DNA of 64,000 nucleotides from an uncultured Clostridia bacterium (GTDB lineage Bacteria; Bacillota; Clostridia; Oscillospirales; Acutalibacteraceae): assembly GCA_944412495.1 (NCBI GenBank), contig CALYBL010000017.1:87441-151440 (forward strand). The letters are read 5' to 3'. The translations under genes were made by a program, and so were the position numbers. Under the pieces are notes generated by a model. It searched no databases. It saw nothing but the letters and a program-made list of their open reading frames with translations, and had not been told where the DNA came from. Below are positions 17,221 through 25,992 of this stretch, piece after piece (the first letter of the stretch is position 1; each line of letters starts with the position of its first letter).

Positions 17221-17318
17221 CGAAATTTTCGTTGTTAACTTAAATGGGCTTTTAAAATAAGTTTTTGTTTGCGCTCTTTGAGGGCGCTTTTTATTTTGAA
17301 AGAGGGCTTATTTAAGCG

Positions 17319-17744
17319 CTAAGGCTGATATTTCATAGAATTCTGCGGGCAGATAAGCTCGTTGAAGTCAACGTTTAAAATATCGCATATTGCGATAAGC
17401 TCGCTCACTTTGATATTGTAGCTGCCCAGCTCTATGCGCGACAGGCTGCTGCGTGTAGTGTCGCATCCGCGCTGCCGCATCAGTGCGGCAAGCTGCTCCT
17501 GACTCAAATCCATCATGCGGCGGTGTCTGAGTATGTTCGGTCCTATTGAAATGTCCTGTCTGATTTTTTTAAGCCTATAAATATCACACCACCACATTGT
17601 TAATCTTAAAAAGATATTAGCAAAATCTGTCAAAACAATGTGCGTGAGATACAATCCAAATGCACCCATAAAACACAAAAAGCGCCTATCCCACGCATCT
17701 GTTTTATAATAGCGGTGATACGCGTATAACAAAACAGAGCACAT
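17319..17744 (-). CDS. XRE-family HTH regulator, paralogue of 16978-17220; N-terminal extent uncertain
   Basis: The C-terminal ~75 aa align by eye with the 80-aa neighbour at roughly two-thirds identity. The N-terminal 50 aa are hydrophobic. No clear RBS at any candidate start (17744, 17669, 17597). Confidence 0.6.
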   Translation of the reverse strand: MCSVLLYAYHRYYKTDAWDRRFLCFMGAFGLYLTHIVLTDFANIFLRLTMWWCDIYRLKKIRQDISIGPNILRHRRMMDLSQEQLAALMRQRGCDTTRSSLSRIELGSYNIKVSELIAICDILNVDFNELICPQNSMKYQP

Positions 17745-17781
17745 TATGAAATACCGTCTGCGTTAAGAATTTTACAAAAAA

Positions 17782-17810
17782 AGCCGGCAGGACTGACTGC
17801 CGGCTTTTTT
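17782..17810. terminator. Strong bidirectional terminator-like hairpin between divergent genes
   Basis: AGCCGGCAG-GACTGA-CTGCCGGCT flanked by an A7 run and a T6 run. Confidence 0.5.
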
Positions 17811-17903
17811 ATTTATATAAGCATCAGGTTGACATACACATTAAATGGTGATATTATGCAATAAATATTATAAATATTTAATAAATACATAGGGGTGATT
17901 TTG

Positions 17904-18719
17904 ATGAAGAAACGTTTAAAATGGATAATTGCGGTTGTCTTAGTATGCGGAATCTTCTCGCTCGCGGTTGGGTGCGGCGATTCAGGCGACCCGTCGGACA
18001 GCTCGTCCGCGTCTTTTTCCGGTACTGCATCTGACAGCACTTCCGAAAACGAGTCTGTAAGCTCGTCAGACAGCTCGTCTGAGGACACGGAGAGCGGTAC
18101 ATCCGGAGCAGAGGCCGGCACCCCGTCGGATAGCTCATCTGATGACTCATGCACCTCTTATGTATATGGAACCGTCGCCAAACCGGTAATATATCTATAC
18201 CCTGAGGAGAGCACGGAGGTGAACGTCAAGCTAAGCTTTAACGGCGAGCTTGACTGCACATACCCGCAGTATAGCGAGAACGGCTGGACCGTAACCGCCA
18301 ATCCCGACGGCACGCTTGTTACCGCGGACGGGCGCGAATATTCGTACCTGTTCTGGGACGGCACGAGCAATGTAGACTACGACATGAGCAAGGGCTTTGT
18401 GGTAAAGGGCGAGGACACTGAGGCATTTCTTCAGGAAAAGCTCGAGTACATGGGCCTTACGCCGAGGGAGTATAATGAATTTATAGTTTACTGGCTGCCG
18501 CTGATGCAGGACAATGAGTATAATCTCATAGCGTTTCAGGGCGAGGAGTATACCGACAACGCGGAGCTTGAGATAACGCCTGCGCCGGACAGCGTGCTGC
18601 GCGTTTTCATGACGTTCAGGGCGCTGGATGCTCCGGTGGAGGTTGAGGAGCAGCAGCTTGACACCTTTGAGAGAAGCGGCTTCACGGTAATTGAGTGGGG
18701 CGGCACAGAACTCAGGTAA
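17904..18719 (+). CDS. Lipoprotein, function unknown
   Basis: ATG 17904 follows AGGGGTG. Signal peptide with lipobox (FSLAVGCG), a Ser/Asp-rich linker, then a ~190-aa globular domain. Confidence 0.7.
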   Translation: MKKRLKWIIAVVLVCGIFSLAVGCGDSGDPSDSSSASFSGTASDSTSENESVSSSDSSSEDTESGTSGAEAGTPSDSSSDDSCTSYVYGTVAKPVIYLYPEESTEVNVKLSFNGELDCTYPQYSENGWTVTANPDGTLVTADGREYSYLFWDGTSNVDYDMSKGFVVKGEDTEAFLQEKLEYMGLTPREYNEFIVYWLPLMQDNEYNLIAFQGEEYTDNAELEITPAPDSVLRVFMTFRALDAPVEVEEQQLDTFERSGFTVIEWGGTELR

Positions 18720-18758
18720 CACTGCCTGATAAGCTTGATTTCAGCTGTGAGTTAAATA

Positions 18759-18803
18759 AACGGCTCTGCTTTGCCGATATACCGGCGGGCGGAGCCGTTT
18801 TTA
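18759..18803 (+). terminator. Intrinsic terminator after lipoprotein gene
   Basis: AACGGCTC...GAGCCGTT with inner GCCG/CGGC pairing, followed by TTTTT. Confidence 0.5.
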
Positions 18804-19018
18804 ACACAATAAAGTATTAGATCTTTTATCTTGTTAAATGTCAGCGGAGCCGCATGGCGTGCCGAGATAAAATAATGAATTTGTGCGCAAAGCGGACTAT
18901 TAGCGAAAATCAGGCACAAAAGCGGAGGCGCGCATATAATGTTATGGGTAAAAATACATTGTAAAAGTGATATAAATGGTGTATCATAAATAAATACCCA
19001 ATAAAACCGAATGAGGCG

Positions 19019-20134
19019 ATGCATTTGACGAATCTTGCAGCGGACCACATGCTCGAAATTGCCGGGCAGTTCGATTTTGACGGCGAAATAATATCGCTTG
19101 AGCCGTTTGGCTGCGGGCATATCAACGATACATATCTTGTAAAAACGCGGCGTGACGGCAGGCAGTTCAAATACCTGCTTCAGCGCATAAATCATAAGGT
19201 CTTCACCTCGCCGCTCGAGGTAGTGAGCAATATAGAGAAGGTCACGTCGCATCTTCGCAAAAAGATAGCTGCGGCCGGCGGCGACCCGTCGCGCGAGACG
19301 CTTACCTTTATAGCCACGAGGCAGGGGCCGAACTTTTACATAAGCGGCAGCGGCGACTTTTTCAGGGCGTACAAATACATCGACCGCACGGTGACGTACC
19401 AGAGCGCCGACGACCCGATGCTGTTTTATCACAGCGGCAAGGCGTTCGGCAGATTTCAGCGAATGCTGGCAGATTTCGACGCCTCGCAGCTTTACGAAAC
19501 GCTGCCAAGCTTTCACGACACGCGCAAAAGGTATGCCGCGCTTATGACGTCGGCCGAGTGCGACATAAAATCGCGGGCGGCGGACTGCGAGCGCGAGCTC
19601 GGCTTCGCCGAGCGGCGCAGGGATATTATGCCGGTGCTGCTGGAGCTTAAGGACAGCGGCAGGATACCCGAGCGCGTGACGCACAACGATACAAAGCTTA
19701 ACAACGTCATGCTTGACGAGGATACAGGCGAGGGCGTGTGCGTCGTCGACCTCGACACCGTAATGCCGGGATTGTCACTGTATGACTTCGGCGGCTCCAT
19801 AAGGTTTGGCGCCAACACAGCGGCTGAGGACGAGAGAGACCTTTCAAGGGTCGGCCTTGACCTTGAGCTTTTTGAGTATTATACGCGCGGCTATCTGTCG
19901 GAGGCAGGGGAGATACTTAACGGCACGGAGAAGGATTATCTTCCGTTTTCGGCGCTGCTCATGACGCTTGAGTGCGGCATGCGCTTTCTCACCGATTATC
20001 TCGACGGCGATGTGTATTTCAAAACTGCCTATGCTCAGCATAATCTCGACAGGTGCCGCAGCCAGTTCAGGCTCGCAGAAGACATGGAGCGCAAAATGGG
20101 CGACATGAGGCTTATTGTTGATAAATACCGATGA
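19019..20134 (+). CDS. APH-family phosphotransferase, N-acetylhexosamine-1-kinase-like
   Basis: 371 aa. Nucleotide-binding FGCGHINDTY and catalytic loop VTHNDTKLNNVMLD...VVDLDT. The sugar-kinase subfamily call is from recall. Confidence 0.6.
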   Translation: MHLTNLAADHMLEIAGQFDFDGEIISLEPFGCGHINDTYLVKTRRDGRQFKYLLQRINHKVFTSPLEVVSNIEKVTSHLRKKIAAAGGDPSRETLTFIATRQGPNFYISGSGDFFRAYKYIDRTVTYQSADDPMLFYHSGKAFGRFQRMLADFDASQLYETLPSFHDTRKRYAALMTSAECDIKSRAADCERELGFAERRRDIMPVLLELKDSGRIPERVTHNDTKLNNVMLDEDTGEGVCVVDLDTVMPGLSLYDFGGSIRFGANTAAEDERDLSRVGLDLELFEYYTRGYLSEAGEILNGTEKDYLPFSALLMTLECGMRFLTDYLDGDVYFKTAYAQHNLDRCRSQFRLAEDMERKMGDMRLIVDKYR

Positions 20135-20285
20135 TATATCACACCTGTTGATGTTATGTGCAAATAGATAAAAGCGGCCGAAAATACCGGCCGCTTTTTA
20201 CTTAATATTATAACTGTCATAAGATATCGCCGAGGTATGCGGCGGCCGGCTTTGCTCAGAAACCGGTTTATTAAAGCAATACGTC

Positions 20286-20714
20286 TTACAGGAAACGCTT
20301 CAGCCCGGTAATATTGCTTTCCTCGTGCTTTAAAAGGTCATTTGCGAGAGAGATGCACTCCTTGTTCGCTTTCGGGTGGGCTTTGATAAGCTTTGTACAC
20401 TTTATAACGCCCATCATGCTGCCCTGCAGCATCATTTCCGCAATGTGCGACGGGGTTTTATCAATCAGTGTGTTCATCTTTACGGATATATCAGATGATA
20501 CCTTTGCCGCCGGGCTTATGCTCTCAGGCTGCTCGCCAAGCCCTGTGAGCGTGTCCTTCGCGCGCTCGTTTATGCGCTTGTATTCTCCAAGCTCTGAATA
20601 AAGCTCATCGAGCATTTTTTCATCCTTTACTGTCTTGACGAGGGTGGATATGGCTTCAACACCCATTTGAGAATTTTTATATACGCTTTTCGCTATTTCG
20701 ACATTTCCACACAT
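20286..20714 (-). CDS. Hypothetical helical protein (142 aa from ATG 20714)
   Basis: Long ORF with core-like composition. The ORF-track TTG start at 20732 lies inside a 9-bp inverted repeat. No family recognised. Confidence 0.55.
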   Translation of the reverse strand: MCGNVEIAKSVYKNSQMGVEAISTLVKTVKDEKMLDELYSELGEYKRINERAKDTLTGLGEQPESISPAAKVSSDISVKMNTLIDKTPSHIAEMMLQGSMMGVIKCTKLIKAHPKANKECISLANDLLKHEESNITGLKRFL

Positions 20715-21041
20715 AAAAATATCACATCCCAATTTGTTTTGATATTAGGATGTGATAAAGAAACACAAAAATTCATATGCGCTTAAATTTTATAAGCGCG
20801 GCAAAAAAGCCGTTTTAAAACAGCAAATTATTAATAAAGGCTTAAATGCGGATTAACGTTTTGGCACCAAAAGCAGACGACTTAAAGGACAAACGCAGAT
20901 ATTTTCTCGCAAAAAGTATGCCGCCGCATGATTGATGAAGCCAAAGGCATCACCTGCCGCCGTAATGGTATAGAGATTGATAAGAGGCAATAACGCGGCC
21001 GATATGTATCATGCCGAATGCGGTTTGCATATCAGAATACG

Positions 21042-21455
21042 TTATCTGCGCTCATTGCACAAAATATTAATCATGTCCTCTACGAGCTGATGACTTTGTG
21101 CCGACAGCAGACGAAGCTTTTTGAGTATTTCCTGCTCATTTTTACTTATTATCAATATATCTTTGCGATTAAGCTTCATTTTGCTTGGCCAAGCATATTC
21201 GTCAGCGTCAGGGTCGTTAAGAATGCAGGTTTCAAGTCCGCAGTCGTCGTCTATGCCGAGCAGGTACAGCTGTGTGCATTTAAGCGCCTCAGCAAAGTTT
21301 TTCAGCTTTGACTGCGGTATATCGTTTTCACCCATTTCAATTTTATTTATGGACGAACGCGACTTATAGCCAAGCATTTCGGCTAATTGTGCCTGCGAGT
21401 AGTTGAGCTCCTGACGTCTCTTTCTTATTCTTTTACCAATATTATTGTTATTCAT
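21042..21455 (-). CDS. XRE-family HTH transcriptional regulator
   Basis: IGKRIRKRRQELNYSQAQLAEMLGYKSRSSINKIEMG. ATG 21455 is preferred over the upstream GTG. Confidence 0.75.
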   Translation of the reverse strand: MNNNNIGKRIRKRRQELNYSQAQLAEMLGYKSRSSINKIEMGENDIPQSKLKNFAEALKCTQLYLLGIDDDCGLETCILNDPDADEYAWPSKMKLNRKDILIISKNEQEILKKLRLLSAQSHQLVEDMINILCNERR

Positions 21456-21743
21456 TGCTTTCACCACCCGGAGCTTAAATTTTCTTTTTCGTTTTTATTA
21501 TACCTTATATTGAATATCAAGTAAAGGAAAACAGGATATAAACGAAAAAATTGTTTTATTAGACTTTGAAAAGAAGACTCCGCCTATGACGATAAAGGCT
21601 TAAGCATTGCAGTGCAGCTGCGGGTAATAGCGATGCGCGTGCTAATGAAAATATTGTCTGACTGCGCGTTAATTTGTGAAAATAACTATTGCCTTAGAGG
21701 TAAATATCAAATATAATTGATTAGAAAAAGGGGGAGTATGAAA

Positions 21744-23930
21744 ATGATATTGACTGACCTTGACAAAAAGCTCTTTACACTGCATACAAAGAACATTACA
21801 TATCAGATGAAGGTCGACGAGTATGGCTTTCTTCTGCATACTTATTACGGCGAGAGAATCGACGACGAGGACATGAGCAAGTTTATCCAGTATTTGTGGC
21901 GAGGCTTTTCCGGCCATCCGTACGAGATGAACGGCAGATTTGACTGGTCGCTCGACACGCTCCCGCAGGAGTATTCGACGTACGGCTCCGGCGACTATCG
22001 TTCGCCCTCGCTGCACGTTATAAACACCGACGGCAGCAGCGACTGCGACCTCAGATACAACGGCTATGAGATAATAGACGGCAAGCCCGGCATTAAGGGA
22101 CTTCCGGCGACCTACGGCAGCAGTGATGAGGTGCAGACACTCAAGGTGGAGCTTCTCGATAAGATAAGCGGAATCGGCGTCGACCTTTACTATTCCGTGT
22201 TTGAGGAAAAGGATATAATAACCCGCAGCGCCGTTATTAAGAATGGCGGCAAGGGCAGGGTATGGCTCGAGCGCGCCATGTCCATGTGCGTTGATTACAA
22301 TATAGTGCCGGATTTCGACATAGTTACCTTTTACGGCAGGCAGCTGGGTGAAAAATTTGTTGAGCGCACCTCGCTGCGCCACGGCAAAACCGTGATGGAC
22401 AGCCTGCGCGGCTCCTCAAGCTCTCAGCAGACTCCGTTTTTTATACTTTGTGACAAAAGCACCGGCGAGACGCAGGGCAACTGCTATGCCTTCTGCCTCG
22501 TTTACAGCGGCAGCTTTATGACGGAGGTGGAAAAGGATCAGGGTGACCAGGTGCGCGTAAACATGGGCATTCAGCCGGAGTCCTTCCGCTGGGAGCTCAA
22601 CGCCGGAGACGAGTTCTGCACGCCTGAGGTCATAATGAGCTTCAGCCGTGAGGGATTCGGACAGCTGTCCCGCAACTATCACAATATCATCCACCATAAC
22701 CTCACACGCGGCAAGTACCATCTCTCACGCCGCCCGATACTCATCAACAACTGGGAGGCAACGTACTTCAATTTTACCGAGGAGAAGCTGCTCAAGATAG
22801 CCGAGGACGCCTCGAAGCTCGGCATTGAGATGATGGTAATGGATGACGGCTGGTTCGGCAAGCGCGACGATGCCACAAGCGGGCTCGGCGACTGGTTCGT
22901 GAACACGAAAAAGCTGCCAAGCGGCCTTACGAAGTTCTGCCAGAAGATAAACGACATGGGCATGAAGTTCGGTTTGTGGTTTGAGCCGGAGATGATATCC
23001 GAGGACAGCGATTTGTTCCGCGCTCATCCCGACTGGGTGCTGCGCACCGCCGGGCGCGACGGCATGCTCGGACGCTGCCAGTTTGTTATAGACATGTCGC
23101 GCGGCGACGTTGTCGATTATCTCTACAACTCCATAAGCAGCGTGCTCAGCAGCGCAAATATAGAATATTTCAAGTGGGACGCCAACCGCCAGATTGCAAA
23201 CGCGTGGACGGCACTGCTCCCGGCAGAGCGTCAGGGCGAGGTAATGCACAGGTATGTTCTCGGACTTTATGACCTGCTGGAAAGACTGACGTCCTCCTTC
23301 CCGAACATACTGTTTGAAACATGCTCCGGCGGCGGCAACCGCTTTGACGCTGGAATGCTCTACTACGCGCCGCAGACGTGGGCCTCGGACAACTCCGACG
23401 CCTTCGCAAGGCTGTTCATACAGTACGGCACCTCGTTTATGTTCCCGGTCTCGACTATGGGCGCGCATGTGTCGGTCAGCCCGAATGAGCAGGTAGGACG
23501 CATAACTCCGCTCAAGACCCGCGGCGTGGTAGCCATGGCCGGCACCTTCGGCTATGAGCTCGACACGAATCTCATGACTGATGAGGAAAAGGAAATCGTC
23601 AAAGAGCAGGTCGAGACATACAAGAAATATTACGACCTTATAAACTACGGCGACTATTACCGTCTATCCGACCCGTACAAGACCGACAGGTATGTTGCAT
23701 GGATGTTCTTGTCGGAGGATAAGTCAAAGGCGCTTGTAAACTATGTTCAGGTAAGGGCTTACTCCAATGCTCCTGCCATATATGTAAGGCTGCAGGGGCT
23801 TAAGGAAAACAGCACGTATGTAGTAAACGGCGCTGAGTACTCAGGCAAGTCGCTCATGACGTGCGGCATACCCGTGTCGAGCATGATGGGCGACATGGTT
23901 TCGCTTCAGATAGAGGTAAACGAGAAATAA
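21744..23930 (+). CDS. Alpha-galactosidase, glycoside hydrolase family 36
   Basis: About 728 aa. GH36 signatures ..MVMDDGWFGKRDD.., ..EYFKWDANR.., ..FETCSGGGNRFD... ATG 21744 lies 7 nt after GGGGAG. Confidence 0.85.
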   Translation: MILTDLDKKLFTLHTKNITYQMKVDEYGFLLHTYYGERIDDEDMSKFIQYLWRGFSGHPYEMNGRFDWSLDTLPQEYSTYGSGDYRSPSLHVINTDGSSDCDLRYNGYEIIDGKPGIKGLPATYGSSDEVQTLKVELLDKISGIGVDLYYSVFEEKDIITRSAVIKNGGKGRVWLERAMSMCVDYNIVPDFDIVTFYGRQLGEKFVERTSLRHGKTVMDSLRGSSSSQQTPFFILCDKSTGETQGNCYAFCLVYSGSFMTEVEKDQGDQVRVNMGIQPESFRWELNAGDEFCTPEVIMSFSREGFGQLSRNYHNIIHHNLTRGKYHLSRRPILINNWEATYFNFTEEKLLKIAEDASKLGIEMMVMDDGWFGKRDDATSGLGDWFVNTKKLPSGLTKFCQKINDMGMKFGLWFEPEMISEDSDLFRAHPDWVLRTAGRDGMLGRCQFVIDMSRGDVVDYLYNSISSVLSSANIEYFKWDANRQIANAWTALLPAERQGEVMHRYVLGLYDLLERLTSSFPNILFETCSGGGNRFDAGMLYYAPQTWASDNSDAFARLFIQYGTSFMFPVSTMGAHVSVSPNEQVGRITPLKTRGVVAMAGTFGYELDTNLMTDEEKEIVKEQVETYKKYYDLINYGDYYRLSDPYKTDRYVAWMFLSEDKSKALVNYVQVRAYSNAPAIYVRLQGLKENSTYVVNGAEYSGKSLMTCGIPVSSMMGDMVSLQIEVNEK

Positions 23931-23952
23931 CCCTGCACATTTGATACAAAGA

Positions 23953-23985
23953 GGCGGGAAGACACAGCTCTTCCCGCCGTTTTAT
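23953..23985 (+). terminator. Intrinsic terminator after alpha-galactosidase gene
   Basis: GGCGGGAAG-loop-CTTCCCGCC followed by GTTTTAT. Confidence 0.75.
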
Positions 23986-24161
23986 ACGCAATTAGTTTAC
24001 ATAACATTTAATGATTCGAGTGATGGATTGTAAAGCTCAAAAGAAACATATGTAAGCAATAGATAAAATTTGATTTATGAAAATTTAGCTATTGTATTGC
24101 CGTTTTTAATGTATTATAATAATCTTTGATTATAAATGATTTCCAAAGGAGAAAGCAGAGA

Positions 24162-25124
24162 ATGAAGACGATAGGCGTACTGACAAGCGGCGGCGACGCT
24201 CCCGGCATGAATGCCGCGGTAAGAGCGGTTGTCCGCACGGCTATATTTAAGGGAATAAAGGTAATAGGGATAAGGAGAGGCTATAACGGTCTGATAAACA
24301 ACGACACCTCACGGCTGTATCTGAGGAGCGTGTCTGATATAATCCACAGGGGCGGCACTATTCTGTATACCGCCCGCAGTCCTGAATTCAAGACGGAGGA
24401 GGGCATGAAAAAGGCCGTAGACGTCTGCCATGAGCTCGGCATAGAGGGCATAGTCGTAATAGGCGGTGACGGCTCATACCGCGGTGCACTTGATCTGTCG
24501 AAGAGAGGCATACCGTGTGTAGGACTACCCGGAACGATAGACAACGACATAGCCTGCACCGATTATACGATAGGCTTTGACACAGCGATGAACACGGCAA
24601 TGGAAATGGTTGACAGGCTGAGAGATACTGCACAGTCACACGAGCGCTGCACGGTTGTTGAGGTTATGGGACGCCGTGCCGGCTTCCTTGCACTGCATAC
24701 CGGCATTGCTGTCGGCGCCACTGCCGTTTTGGTGCCGGAGGTGCCGTTTGACCTTGAGAAGGATGTAATATCCAAGATGCGTGAGACGCTGAAATCCGGC
24801 AAGAAGCATTTTATCATAGTAGTTGCCGAGGGTGTCGGCCATGTCGATGAGATGGCGAAGGAGATTGAGAGGATAACCGGTATAGAATCACGCGCTACTG
24901 TGCTTGGACATGTTCAGCGCGGCGGCTCTCCGAGCGTTCGCGACAGAGTGATTGCGAGCCAGATGGGCCACAGGGCTGTTGAGCTGCTGGCCGGCGGAAC
25001 GGGCAACAGGGTAGTTGCGTACAAGGACGGCAAGATAGTCGATTATGACATAAACGAAGCTCTTGCGATGACAAAGCCGTTTGAATATGACCTTTACAAA
25101 ATTGCGCACGACATAAGTATATAA
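24162..25124 (+). CDS. pfkA: ATP-dependent 6-phosphofructokinase
   Basis: MKTIGVLTSGGDAPGMNAA..., GGDGS, PGTIDND, MGR motifs. RBS AAAGGAG. Confidence 0.9.
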   Translation: MKTIGVLTSGGDAPGMNAAVRAVVRTAIFKGIKVIGIRRGYNGLINNDTSRLYLRSVSDIIHRGGTILYTARSPEFKTEEGMKKAVDVCHELGIEGIVVIGGDGSYRGALDLSKRGIPCVGLPGTIDNDIACTDYTIGFDTAMNTAMEMVDRLRDTAQSHERCTVVEVMGRRAGFLALHTGIAVGATAVLVPEVPFDLEKDVISKMRETLKSGKKHFIIVVAEGVGHVDEMAKEIERITGIESRATVLGHVQRGGSPSVRDRVIASQMGHRAVELLAGGTGNRVVAYKDGKIVDYDINEALAMTKPFEYDLYKIAHDISI

Positions 25125-25150
25125 ATTTTTACATATTTAGAGTTTAGCTG

Positions 25151-25188
25151 CGCCGGCGGACATTCGTTTAGCATGTCTGCCGGCGTTT
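25151..25188 (+). terminator. Hairpin/terminator after pfkA
   Basis: 13-bp stem CGCCGGCGGACAT/ATGTCTGCCGGCG with a short T-run (TTT). Confidence 0.5.
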
Positions 25189-25514
25189 GACTGTCGATAT
25201 CAGCGCGGCGCTTTGGCTGCTTTTTAACAGCCAAAGCGGGCGGAGAAAAAAGCGAAAGCAGAATGCGGACTTCTTCCGGCGCAGAGGTGCAGTGTGATCA
25301 GACTTTTGCATTGCGCCCTTTGCAAAGGCCGGCAACGGATATTCCGGGCAAAAAGGCTTTGGCTTAAGTCGCAGGGCAAAGCGTGTCGGCGGATGGCAGG
25401 AAACGAAGCGAGCCGCAAGCAGTAAAGCTTAAAAAATGATGTCTGCTTTAAACGGCGGAGGCATGCCGGCCGCGGCATGCCAAAATCAATCATCGGACGG
25501 TAGGACAGCGCGCC

Positions 25515-25540
25515 GCAGACATAGTCATGTCTGCTTTTAT
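25515..25540 (+). terminator. Orphan intrinsic terminator in pfkA-rpoB gap
   Basis: GCAGACAT-AGTC-ATGTCTGC followed by TTTTAT. No plus-strand ORF upstream of it. Confidence 0.5.
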
Positions 25541-25820
25541 GTAAAGGGCATTTGAAGGCCAGAATATGGTCATATTAATAGATATAATTTTGAGGCGAAC
25601 TGAATCAATGTGTAAGACACACCGCCGCTTCCAGCGTGTTTATGAGTTTCCGGCCGGCGCACCGTCAAAATTTGCATACAAAAAGATTGCCGGCATAAAT
25701 GCCGGCAATGGCTAAAAAAAGCACAAACGCTGTTTATAGACGCTTTTTTTAATCCAATAATATTATTGTCACAGTAAAGAGGAATATACATAGGAAAAGA
25801 AAAATATATATAAAATTTGC

Positions 25821-25849
25821 TTGACTTTAAAAATGTATTATTATATAAT
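25821..25849 (+). promoter_or_regulatory. Candidate sigma-A promoter of rpoBC (TTGACT-17-TATAAT)
   Basis: -35 at 25821-25826 and -10 at 25844-25849. Followed by a leader hairpin at 25870-25921. Confidence 0.55.
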
Positions 25850-25992
25850 AGTAAGCTGCAATAACATGGGGTGGTATACAATTTTTACAGCAAAAAACGA
25901 CTGTAAAATCATTATACCACCAATATGCTTTTAATGCAACTTTCCGCAAGCAAATTATGTTTTGTGAATAAAGAAGGAGTGAACAAAAGCCT

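Noticed and set aside
17813-18154. 113- and 90-aa minus-strand ORFs opposite the start of the lipoprotein gene.
   Set aside because: They are mirror images of the Ser/Asp-rich linker coding repeats. The plus-strand lipoprotein has an RBS, a signal peptide and a lipobox.
25224-25493. 89-aa minus-strand ORF in the pfkA-rpoB gap.
   Set aside because: It is Arg/Cys/Leu-rich, has no RBS, and spans several hairpins. The region is better treated as noncoding.
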